DNA of 64,000 nt, taken from contig CM102288.1 in assembly GCA_046563655.1 (NCBI GenBank), positions 3,596,001 to 3,660,000 of the forward strand, written 5' to 3'. The position numbers were made by a program, and so were the translations under genes. The first letter of the stretch is position 1, and the number at the start of each line of letters is the position of its first letter. Positions 14,301-26,157 of this stretch are shown here, piece after piece. Origin of the DNA: Yuukianura sp. NJ FZ-2021 (Eukaryota). The notes beneath the pieces were generated by a model. The model saw only the letters and a list, made by a program, of their open reading frames with translations. It was not told the origin of the DNA and did not search any database.

Positions 14301-17300
14301 AAAAATGTTTAAGTTGAATATGGTAATGTTGGTGGGAGAAAGTTAATTTTTAGTGGGTGAAAGTGAAGTGAAAGTGGCAGAGAAATGAAAATTGGGTGGA
14401 GATTCACAGAAGCGGAATTTTTGGGAGAGAGAATTTGAAAATCTTCAAATCCTGGAAAATTTCTCTCCTTTCCATCATCATCTTCGTTTTCCGTCTCTCT
14501 TTTTTGATAGAGAAGGAATGCCATGCTTGTGTTCATAAAAAAAGATGAGAGAGAGATTCTGGAATTTGTGAAATTCTATTCATATTTATGTGTTGGATTA
14601 TTTTGTGCTGGAGTTCCTTTTCTCCAGATCTGACTTTCTCCAACGTCGTAGCAAGGATAGAGAATGCTGGAAAGTAGAACCAGCAGCACGGTTCTGCTTA
14701 AAATCCGCAGCATTTCAGGGAACTACCAAAGTTTTCTCAGGCAAAAAGGAAGTGTTGTGGAAAATTCCTGGAATTGAACCGAGTCGTAAATAAACTTGGG
14801 GGAAGTTGGGGAGAGGTAATAGGCGAAAAAAAGGCCCCCCATGGGGTGGGGGTCCCTTTTGCGAATCCTGTTGGTGGGGGGAAGGCTATCAACTGAAGCA
14901 AAAAGTGTGTACAATACGATTTATTCAAATCAGTTTTTCAAGAAAGGGGGGCCTGGAGGAACGTTAAAGCGGAAAAAGAATTTAAAACGGAATATTTGAA
15001 TTTTAGATCTGTTTTTACAACATGAAAAAAGAGTGCGCATGTGCGAGGGAATTTTTTTTTAACTTTCTCTCTGTAAATTTTAGTTTTTCTAAGAGGTTTC
15101 TCATAAGTTTTCTCTTTCCGGAATTTTCTTTCTTTTTCACTAGAGTAATTTTATTTTCCATTTGTCAAACTTTATGTCACTTTTATTGATACTTAGACCA
15201 AGCCGCTGATTCTTCCGCCTAATTATTAACTCTTTCGTACAATCAGCACAAAATGGCTACGCTGCGCTAAGCTCTGCAAAAAGTCAGTGCGCAGAAGCAA
15301 CGAGCAGCAAGACTTTTGCCGTCGCTTGCATTTTTTTGAAGCTCAGACGAAATTTATTAGGTTGAAGATTCTTAAAGCCAGATTCATTAGTGAAAGTTTA
15401 GAGGATTTGGAGGAGCCAAAGGGGCTTAGCATTGGTAATTTGATGCTTGATTTATGACTGGAGCTGGAACTGCTCAGCGCTGGAAGCGCTTTAGAGGAGC
15501 AACTAATCAACAGATTTTGTTTTTGTTTGTCACAGATGAATGATCTCATTTCGCTCAAAATGGAAGTGAAGCAACTGAGCAGCATCCTGCAACAACTTCA
15601 GTCGTTTCTCAAAACTGTGGAGGCAGTTCAGTTGCAACAGCAACAGATTGGACCAGGAGGAGGGGGCGGTGGGCCGGGAGCTGGGGGAGGTCAGGGGTCA
15701 ACGTCCCTGCCGAGACAACAGCAACAGTTGGGACCAGGTCAAGGTCAACCTCCAGGTCATCAGCAGGGTCATCAGCGTCATCATCAAATGGCGACTGGTC
15801 AAGACAATCAAGGGCTTCTGAGGTAATGAAAAAAACGTTCAAATTTTAAAATTTACTGCCGTTGAAACTAATTCCTGCTTGAAGTTTAGCCATAACTGAC
15901 TTAAGAGTTTGTTTCTCTCCTTCGTTTACCAAGAAGACATACTAGTATTTTAGTATCTTAAAAATTTTGACATTTTGAAAAGTTAACTTTGTACACGTAG
16001 GTTGGAGAGCAGTTCTCAAGTGACTCCTTCCCTGACTGAAATGGGCTTCAATGTCAAAGGTAACGAAATCCCGAGTTCCTGCCTGTCAGACTTCGTGTTC
16101 ACGGTCTCCACTACACCGCCGCTGTAGAAACATTTTCACAAAATGTGCCTAGAAGCAGAGCATGAGCACTTCAGTTTCTTAAAAAACTGCCTCCTGGTTA
16201 GGTACAAATGACCTAACCTTACCTAGCTTCCTCGTTTCTCGCCAGAAATCAAAAATTCTAAGCCCTACTTTTGTTTTTAGAACATGTTTGAAAAACCTGA
16301 TTTTGAAAAAAGGACTAAAATTTGTTGTAACTTTTATAATAGGCGGAAGTGGACCAAGAAAGAAGGAGACTTCGACTTCTCTGAGCCAAAAATCTTCGGA
16401 CTTGGTTTCTCGGTTGGGTCGATTCTCCATTTCCAAAGTGAGTTCCGGTGGAGCCTTCATGCCAATTCCTTCTACTGGGAGTACACAACCCAGTGGGTAC
16501 GGAAGTTCTAGTGGGAGCAGCATCATTACTCCTGCCGGAACCAAAGGCCCAGACACTGAGTACATCCAAGTGGATACTTCCTTCCCTTCAGCCACCCAGA
16601 CCCACCCGCTGGCTCATTCCACCCTCTCTGGTGTAAGTAGTGGTCACAAGCGTGGGATTTTAAATCAACTCATAGACAAAGTGCGATCGAAAGACGATAG
16701 GAAGAAAAGTACAAGTTCTTCTGTGAGTGGATCCAGTGGAACGCCTGTAATTCCTGCAAGTTCTGCTGCTGTTATGTCAATTGCTGCAGCAACTTCTGCA
16801 ATTGCTGCAAGTAATCGAGCAGCAGCTAGAGCTGCCATGTATGATGCTCAAGTACAGTATGGAAACTATCCAAATTTTATGGACAAGTCGGCAGTGACGG
16901 CTCTAAGGAAAGGAAGTAGTCAGAGATCGGCTGGACGTGGGGGCGGGGGAAGAGGTGGAGGAAGTATTTCAAGTGCTAGTGCAAGTGTAGTGTCGTCTCG
17001 AGTGTCCGGTGACTATCCAGTGTCCACTGGATCCCAAAGAGGCAAGCCATCGAGAGAAAGAGGGTTTGTCAAAAGTAAAAGTGACGACGAACGACCACCG
17101 ACAAAGTTGTCAAGAGAGTCCAGAGCCAGAAGTGTCGCTGCAATGGATCCAGAAAGTTTACTTCGATCTCTCACAGGAAGTTCTAGAGAGGCTTCCAGGA
17201 TTTTAGCCCTGTACAGAACTTTACTCCAGGACAAAGATCCATCTACTACTTTTTATCCACAGTATCAACAGAGACCTCCAGCACCTCTTCCAGTCCAGGC

Positions 17301-18327
17301 TCCAGAAAGTTCTGGACAGAGGACACCAGGAACTTCAAGTATGGGACGCTCTCGGTCCAACAGTCGCCATCGCAGTCGAGAAGCACATTACTTGAGTGAA
17401 GATGACTATCAACAAATTACTTTTTCGCGTGGGGAACCACCAGCTCCGCCCCTCCGAGCTCCACCTCCAGTCCACCAACAACGACTAATCTCTAACGGAC
17501 GACATCAGAGTCAGGGTCAACCGGGGTCAACGACCTCCACAACTTCCAGTTCTTCTTACTACCATCGAACCGGGAGTTTAGGAAAAAGTTCTGGGCCGTC
17601 TTCCAGTTCCGCTGGTGGTAAAACTAATGTTCAAGTTTTCGTGCACCAAGAACCGAATCATGCTGGTGGTGGATCGACTGCTCAAGGAAGTTTGTCCAAA
17701 AGTTTAGAAGAACAGTATCTGTTTGGATTTATTAGTGACTTGGAAGCTGGGGGCGGAGTCAGTAGTTCAGGGGGTGGAGCTAAGCCTGGACTACTCAAAA
17801 AACCAATTTCAGTCGAAAGTCTCATTTCCCTTAGTTCTGGTGGGGGCGGTGGGACAGAAAATAGTCGAAAGTCATCAATTGACTTTGATCGACGATCTGT
17901 CGTTACTGTGCGGCGGGCCGGTTCAAAATCAAATGACTCCAGTTCACAAGGTGGAGCCGGTGGCAGGGATTCTCTGCCAGGTATTCCTCGTCAACGATCT
18001 TGGGAAGGCGGTTTATCATCTAACCGTTCCTCATCTAACATCTCTCCAACCCTGTCACCAGCAGGTCAAAGGTCACTGGGTCAACTCAAACCGCCATCAT
18101 CATCGTCTACTCCTTTGTTGTCTCCTGAACTGGGATTGGATGAAGATGACTTTGTCAGGAGTAGTAGCAGTTCTGGAAGGCGGGGTGGTGGTGGTGGACC
18201 ATTTGACGACGCTGAATTGCCGCTTCACAAAGCTGATAGTTTTGAGGGTCACGAAGAAGCCGTTCGAAGTCTCGTAGCTGCTGTTCAAGAAACGAGAACT
18301 TTACAACGGAAAATGCAGCCAAACTAA
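2395..18327 (+). CDS. RNF207: RING finger protein 207-like (B-box/coiled-coil), 5'-partial; RING exons lie upstream of the window
   Basis: Phase-consistent GT-AG exons 2395-2501, 2596-2757, 5282-5454, 7575-7766, 9935-10391, 10671-10819, 10902-10995, 15536-15822, 16001-16059, 16343-18327 (about 1220 codons). The peptides LCNGCREETHRAKMFSAHDI, CSVHGEHFIMFSTVRKTMLCINCYRD..HCVDLDTAYNQGC, KYDFLDLAYPLIDRL and LKEQVQDLHRD match RNF207 as I recall it. Confidence 0.9.
6093..6276. repeat. Degenerate minisatellite (about 33 bp period) with palindromic core ACCCATATGGGT, in an RNF207 intron
   Basis: acccatatgggtacaaat (~6095), acccatatgcgtacaaat (~6128), acccatatattag (~6159), acccgataagagtaaat (~6194), acccatatgggtt (~6262). 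Confidence 0.5.
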
Positions 18328-21300
18328 ATGTTGTTCAACTTTTTGAAAAACGCAATTTTGATATCCAGAAGCCTTCCATCCAGAAGAAATTCAAATTGAA
18401 AATTGTTTGAATTTGGTAAAGTGATTCAAACTTTAGCTTTGTTCAAACAGAGAACCCTTGTTTACAAAAACCTCTGGACATTGAACACTGTTCCATTCCA
18501 CTTTTTCTAGAAAATCGGAACTTTTTCTCTCTTTTTATAGAAACTTTAAAACAAAACGATTAAGTGAACAGCATTTGAAAAAGTGCGCGCATCAGTTCAA
18601 GTCGACCTACACTCTACTCTTGGAATGGAACTTGTTTGAACTTTTTAAACGAACGGAATGTGCTGCTACTGCTACTCTGCAAGACGGAAGTTTCCTGTTC
18701 TTATTCTTCCTGGACAAAAGAGAAAGTGTACTACCTCCTTCCTTTTTATTGGTTCGGAACAGCCATAGGGTTTTTCATTATGTTCCAAATACTAACCAGT
18801 TACTAGAGAGAATCGTTTTCCAGCGATTGACAATAGCTTTTTGCTCTTCCGCTTCCAGCGCTTCTCTAAGTGTCTCTCCTGTTAACTTTATGTACCAAAG
18901 AAGGCCTGGGGAAAATCCTATCCTGTTTCCTCTATTTTCCTATTTTGTGTGTCAACTTTAATTCTTCCAATAGCGCTTCCAGCGGTGTCTGCGATTGATT
19001 CGGAAGCAGCGTTTTCAAAAAAAAATGCGTTCAAACACAGTTTTGAAACGTAACCTATGTGCTTCAACCTGAACAAAGTGAACGTAGTAACCTTTGACAT
19101 TTTCCTTTTACCATGGTTGTTCAAACGAATCGACTTTCACCCTACCTTTCCTCTTTTAGATTTTAAATGAGAGATTTTCACCGCAAAGCGACGACAGCTC
19201 AGCCACTTCACTCTAAACCGCATTTCGTTGTGTTTTTTTTTCAAAATGACGGCACAAAATATAGTAAAGGTTTCCAAACAACTGACTTTCTCTACTAATA
19301 AAACATAAGCACTGAGATTTTACAAGTCTGTTTGTGACATGCCAAGATTGACTTGAAATGATTAACTTTTCCCTTTCCAGTTTTCAAATCACTGTCAAAA
19401 GTTTCAATTTTATCATTCTTCTGTAGTTTTCTAATTTCAGTTTGTTTTGGGGCATTTTGAAAATCATTTTTGGAATTTTTTGAAAACTGCCCGAGGCACT
19501 TTTGTGTGAACTGAAGTGCATCCGAGGTGACATTTGGGTTGAATAATAATTGTATAAGGACAGCAGGGAGGAGAGAAATCAGGGCTTTCAGTTTGCTTTT
19601 ACTTTTAAGCAGTTTAGGGCTTACGACCTGAAAGCGGCAGAATTTGGGTTCTAATTTTAGGTGCTATGGCGCTTTCTCTTAACTTAGGTGCTAGATACTG
19701 GATGCAGGATGCTGGTTAGGTACTGGATGGTGGATGCTTGAAGTAGTGTCTAGGTGCTTTAGTGGTGAAGGGGATTAGAAGGATGTGGAGGTCTTTTACC
19801 TTGTTAGAGCTGTGCTAAAAACAAAGGCTGAACAGTGTTTTCCCTTTGTATTTTCTCCACTTCACAACAGTTTGAAAACCTCTCGCCCAAGTGCCAGAGG
19901 GAGAAAGTTCTGCTGAAGGAAATTGAATAGGAGTGAAAGTTAGGCTTAGTTCATTTTCCCTTTGAACTTGGACAAAGGAACCAGTTTGGCTGCTTACACT
20001 TTTTTTGGAGCTTTCCATTCCCTTTTTCGAAAAATAAAATGTAAGAAAAGTTTAGTTGGTTGTACTGCTCCTTTCTTTTCCTCTTCCTCGGAACAAATCC
20101 TGTGAGGCTTCACAGAATTTAATTCAAAGGAACGTAATTTGTTTCTCGGAGAAGAAAGTGAAAGCAGAGGGAAAATATTTTGGGCTTAAGAAACCATAAA
20201 CAAGCGGAACAGGTTCAATCTCTAATTGTTTCAGAACATTAGACATGATGCGTCTCTCGTTTCATATTTTTCAAAAAAAAAAAAAAAGAGGCTGATTTTC
20301 AAAAAAAAATTACTTTTTCCATAACACGGAAAATCTCATGTTTCCAGGAAAGCACCTAAGTTGAAACGTTTTTCGTTTTCGGTGAAAGGAAACTTAATAC
20401 TTCCGGTACACATGAACATGAAATTTAATTTTCCACATGAAAGTTCCTTTGAAGTGAGTAATTAGAATTTTTGAAATTTTGAGCCTCTGTACTTCCAGTG
20501 GCCGCTTCCTCTCTCAAGTTATTTTTTCAATTCCTTTTAAGTGCTTCCACTATAAGTTCACTTTTAGAGAAATGGCTAAAAGCAGAGTCTCATAAATTGG
20601 TGAATCCAAAATTCATTTGAAAATATGGAACCTCTCTCTCCCTTAGCTTTTCTCTCCGTTCTAATCCAATTCCACTGAACTACTTTTGGAATGGATCCAA
20701 TTTCACTCAATGCACCTGATCCGCACTTTCCCCGCCTTTCACCAAAGTCCCACCATTTCAGACACGGAGAGTTTTATGAACCCACCTTAAGAGCCCCACC
20801 GTCACTCTTCTGCTACTTCTTCAAATAGTTCCTTCTGGATTGACCCCAATTATAACTCAAATTGCACAAGCAGCGAATTCCAAATTTTCCCCCAAGCCGA
20901 ACTTAACTTTTGAAATCCGATTAATTTCGGACTCATTTTTTATTGAAATTATTTTATGGCGGTTTGTTTAAGCGGGAAAGCGATTCTTTCTGGAACTCCT
21001 GTTAGAACTTAAAGAAGAGCTTTAGAACGTAATTGTTAGTTGTAAGTAAGAGATAACTGCTTAACCTTAAACGTGCTAATTCAATGTCTAACGTCAAATG
21101 TCGGTGATAATTTTCCTACTCACACTGTACACCTTCAAGGCTTTGACCTTTGACCTAAAACTGCGTCAATGTTGGAGAGCCAGCAGCGATGGATTACTGG
21201 ATACTCACTTAATTAACAAAAACTATTGGTTACTAATTATTGCTTAAGTTAAACTTAATTGTAATTAACTACTAATCGAAATTTAAGTGAGATTTAAGTG

Positions 21301-21662
21301 TGGTGCTAATCCTAAGACTCTCATTTTAAAGACGAAAATCAATTGTTGTTTCCGCCTGAAATTAAACTTAAATAAAATGAAACGTTTCGTTAATTAAAAA
21401 ATGCTAAGCTAAATTAGTTAACTAAATATGGTGTTCTAGGTTCAGTAATTTCCAAAACTAACGAATTGATTGCCATAACTGCGCATGTCTAAATAACAAA
21501 AATGAAAAATGCTTGTTGTTAATTTTTTGCACCTCTAGTTTTTCGGAATTGCAAATTTCAAAAAATTCTTTTCTGTTCGCTCTCTGCCTATGCCTAGCCT
21601 GCGTGATAAATTTTGAATCGAAATTAAATCCATAGAGAACTCCGGGTCTATTAAAACCAAAA

Positions 21663-22248
21663 ATGGTGTCAATCGGAGAAATTCTTGGAAAAATCTGGGA
21701 GTGGTTGAATCAAACGACCAATTGGGTGCTTGATGTAAGCATTTTTGGTGATTTGAAGTATTTGTAACTTGTAGTTCATTTGGAACATATTTTTTCAGCA
21801 AACTATTTTTGGAGTCCATTTTGACTTCATAATTGAAATCCACTACTACACCGTGCTCTTCATCCTCATCCTTCTGGGATACTTCACATGTTCTGTACTA
21901 AAACCCGTCACTTCGAAACCCATGACCCTGCTGCAACTCCAACCAGACGTCAACAACTTCTGCTCAGAGTTCTCCGGATTCAGCCAAACTGCTGGGTGGC
22001 TCGGAGGTGGCGAGGATGGTGGCTTCGGCAAGAATTGGACCCGCAGTCAATGGCCCCACCGCTTCCTGGATCTCCACCACGTGGATGTTGTTGGTGGCTC
22101 AGTCCAAGCCATTGATCAACTGGGAACTCGCTGTTGTGGCACTGGTGGGAAAGTACAATGCACGGACAGTACTTACAAAAGTGGAGCCGTTCATATCTTC
22201 GTCATTGGAAGAAATACTAAGGTCAAGGAGAAGAAAGAAGATCCCTGA
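21663..22248 (+). CDS. Orphan two-exon gene, about 173 aa, one hydrophobic (TM-like) segment
   Basis: Exon 21663-21734 (aaaATG; MVSIGEILGKIWEWLNQTTNWVLD), 64-nt intron gtaagc..tttttcag, exon 21799-22248 in frame with the 21853 ORF (YYTVLFILILLGYFTCSVL...). No family recognised. Confidence 0.55.
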
Positions 22249-22349
22249 AATTTGCAAAGAATTTGTCAAAACTGCTCAAAGGAAAATAAGAAAATTTTCT
22301 CAAAATTTTGAAACTTTACCTACAAAACTCTTACACATTAAAGCACTAT

Positions 22350-23545
22350 GTTTACCCGGGCTTGTTCTGACCAAAAACTATCGTTTGTGCAAAAAATTTT
22401 TGTTGAAAAATGGGAAGTCTTCCCATTTTTTTAAAAATCGGCACTAAATTATGTGTTTGATTTTTCAGTTTTTCAAACCCTAGAAATACTTGAGGTCATT
22501 ATGAATTTAGGCGTGAAAAGATTAGCTTTCCAAAGCATTCAGTTCCTGAGCTATGAATTTTTAAAGTTTTTGAATTTGAGAATTTTTTGGAAAAGATTTT
22601 ACATAGGGAAGCTAAAGGTTCACCTTTGAAACTGTTCGGAGCTATGCGGGGATCGTACGGTCCGGAAAGGCTCCTCGCTTTTCACAATTTTTTTTCTCAC
22701 TGGCGGCATTCCCATACAAAAGCCAGCTAGAGGAGGATTTCCTATCCACCTCTTTGCTTCGTATAATCTCCGATCTAAAACTTCGAAAAATTCCCAGTGC
22801 ATTTACAGAATCTCGCCCTTGCAAAACAGCAACAAACGCAGCATCTTCTTTACTTTTTGCAAGCGCTTCAAACGCTGCAAACCAACGCTGAAAAATCAAC
22901 ACCCGAAACCTCCATTCACACAATTTTCAAACTTGTTTGCAGTTTTGAAAAACTTAAAAAAAACTTCAATTTTGCATCATTTTTTAGGTTCCAGACAACG
23001 TTGAAATTGTCCTTTCCTCGCACATGCAGAATATTCAATATTTTGCTAAAATGTGAAAGATGGGAAGACTTTCCATTCTTCAAAAATCGGTACGAAATTT
23101 TATGAATTTGAAAAGAAAATAGATTTCGAAAAAATGACACGTGATTTTTTTAAAATTTTAGTTTTTTGCTGCATTTTCACGTCGCATAAAAATTATTTAA
23201 ATGTTTTGCTGATGAATATGGCCCTTAGTTAGGAACGAAAAAAATTATTTTTTAAGTGGCGTCTGATTGTAGCAATAAAGATTCCAGTTTTTTTGAGTTT
23301 TCAAATTTAAAAACGCTAAATTCATTCCAAAAATTTTTGGATTTTTTTTAGAAAGAACTTTTAGAGAATTTAATTTGATTTTTTTTTGGAATGAGATTTT
23401 GCATGGTGAAGTTGAAGCACAGAGTTGATCAAAACCGATCAAATGAAACTCAATAATTTGAAACTTTACTTAGAAAAATTGTACAAAGTACAATGTTTAC
23501 TCGGGCTTTTTCTAAACGAAAACTATCGTTTGTGCAAAAAAAAAT
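22350..23545. repeat. Degenerate repeat or transposon remnant with internal direct duplications
   Basis: cgggct..aaaactatcgtttgtgcaaaaaa occurs at ~22356-22396 and ~23502-23540. atgggaag(t/a)ctt.ccatt.tt.aaaaatcgg.ac.aaatt occurs at ~22410 and ~23060. No transposase ORF. Confidence 0.45.
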
Positions 23546-25112
23546 GTCCAAAAATTTTCGTTGTAGAACGTTGAAATTTCTTCTAAATTTCTGATCTGAG
23601 AGCTTTTTTCCCCTGTCTTGCTCTTACGACTTGTTGGTCATGACTTTTTAGATTCCTAGTTCCTTTTTTTTTAAATTTCGTAATTTTGTGTAAAAAGGAC
23701 GTGAGGAATGTGTGAGTGACGAAAAAGAGAAGTGACAGGGAGTTGATGAAAAGTGAAGTAAGGGTTTTGGAACCGTTGCCTGTCTGCTCCATTACTTTCA
23801 CCAACTTTCTCCTGCGTCTGATCTTAAGTTGATGTACTTTCAATGTAAATCCAATTACTACGCAAAAGAATACTCCAACTACTTCCATGGATCAACCAAG
23901 GGTTAAGAGGAAACCCATGTTTACAAAATTCTAAACTTCAACTTCACATCCAGCCTCGCCTGTCACTTTCAAAAAAAAACAAAGGTTCCCAAAATCAATT
24001 TTTCCTCTTTTCTGAAAAAAATGCTTCTCTAAAAATCCTATTTTGAAAATGCACTACGTCCATTAATTTTAGTAGTTGTAGCAATTAATTTGTTCCGCGT
24101 AGATGAAACTCTAGAAAACTTCAGTTTTTACATGTCTCGGATCATGAATTTTTTCCATTTCGCTTCGCAACAACTCACAACGACCATTCTTCCCTTTCCG
24201 TAAATTCGTAAATCGTAAATTCGTAAATGTTTTTCACAAACTAGTGGTAGTTAGGTATACTTTACCTGACTGTCAAGATGGTGTTTCTTACCATCTTTGG
24301 TGGAACGTAATTGTCCATGGAATAAAAAACTTCCGAAATTTCGGTTTGGAGGACTATAATTAAACTCAAAAATTGTTGAGCCAACATAGTCTAAGCAAAT
24401 CCATTTTCCATAAGTGCATCTTCCCATAAAAATTAGAAGCTAATACTTTAGTAGCTAATGCTTCCAGCAGCAGTGAAAGTGATGGAAAACCAAGCATCGG
24501 GAGCCATCAAATTGCTTTTTGGATTTCAGTTTTTACTTTTTCTAGTGGAGCACGAGAGGCTTTGGAAAGCACTTTGGACTTGCTTTCACTCTGGAAAAGT
24601 CCAATGGAAAAGTAATGGCTTTCTATTATGATCAAGTAGTTACTCCCTCCAGTTGGTGAGTCGTAGGAGGAGGTAAAAACGAATTTAAAGTTTTGCTTAT
24701 GCCCGCCTCCGCATGGAATTGGACTGGAGGGAGGGTTTAAATTTAGTTAAAATTGCAAAGTGTATTAAAGTTCACAGAAGAATCGTGTGGAATTAAGGTA
24801 CATGAGTTTTCCAGCGCTTTTTCCTGGAAGGACTTTGGTGAAAGGAAATTAGGTTTTCAGGTTGAGGGAAGGCGGAAGCCCCACGCTCCTGTTTCTCCAG
24901 AACCACAGTTTGAAGTTCTCGATTGAACCTCCCTTTAATTAGTTTTCATTAAACAGTTCATTATTATTGACACTTCAGCAGAAAATTAACAAGGATTTTG
25001 GACTACTTTCAGTTGAGTTTTGGCACCAAAGTGAAAACGAAAGCAGAAAAGCTTTTCAAAGGTTTCTGTTTTCGGGTAGGCGGGAAGTTTATTTAGTAAA
25101 AGTAAGTTAGTT

Positions 25113-26157
25113 TCAGTAAACAGATTTTTCGTAGCGACCAATCCCAGCAACAAGGCTGGAAGAGCTTCCAGGAAGTGGTGACGAGCCGGTTGTTGAGCCG
25201 TAGAAAGCGGGTTGACCCATTGACCCGGGAATCGTATGGGGGAAAGGTGCATGACGACGACGAAAAATCGGATCACCCAAAATGTAAATCATGGAAGCAA
25301 CAAACACTACGGCGAAAAACCCGGCAAAATTTAACATCACTCCGTTTTCGGGTAGACTTGCATAGTAGTCATCGCTGCAAAATGAAAACTTTTAAAATTT
25401 TGAATCTTTAAAATTGAAATTTTAATAAATAGGAATGTTACCCTATCCAAACTGCTTCTTGCATAATTCCTGTAACGCAAGCAGTTACGGCAAAAAGAAA
25501 CAGGGTTCTGCCGATGACTTTATGAATTGGCAGGGTCGTGACCTTGAACTCTGTGTGTTCAGAGGGGTACAAGTAGACGCTGAATCCAAAGATGAACTTT
25601 TCATAAAATCAAAAATGGAAATTATTAACGTTTTGAACTTTTAATAACATTTTTTCCGAATTTGAGTTACTTGAAGGTAGTAGCATGCCACGGTGACAAG
25701 ACCGAGCCAACTGTGGAGTGACTTAAAGTTGGGGGCGTTGTTTAGTCGATGCTGTTCCAGTATTGCAACAAATCCAAACGTAATTCCAATACATGCAGAA
25801 AAGTGGATTCCAGCATGAATCAACTTGGCAGTATACTTTGGTGTTGTTGGCAACAAACGGTAGATAATAGAGCCTTGGAACCAAAAATTCATCTGTGACC
25901 TTTGACCTTTGTCCTGGTTAACATTTGACCTTACCATTTCCTTGAAGAAATACCATAAAGAAACTCATGAAGAGGATATGTGTATTCTCCAATCCCTGTC
26001 CCGTGGTCCAGTTGACCCCTTGGCCATACTTGCAAATCCAAGTGAGTAAGAGAGCAAAGGACACCAGACCGACGAAGTCCCCCACAAAGCAAATGATCTT
26101 GAACACTACGCGTGTGGTTTCGTAGGACCAAGGGTCCCCAGTTTTGTCGTCAACCAT
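25113..26157 (-). CDS. Cytochrome b561 family (ascorbate-dependent reductase-like), paralog A
   Basis: Exons 26157-25935, 25873-25671, 25596-25442, 25374-25113. Six TM-like segments, four heme His (NTHILFM, KLIHAG, SLHSWLG, PIHKVIG) and the IIYRLLP motif. Confidence 0.88.

Noticed and set aside
11332..14928. Many 60-145 aa ORFs in the long RNF207 intron
   Set aside because: F/K/L-rich translations of T/A-rich DNA, with no domain or splice logic.
21846..22245. Minus-strand frame with in-frame TGA codons as a selenoprotein
   Set aside because: The TGAs are simply antisense to Ser TCA codons of the plus-strand ORF; no SECIS recognised.
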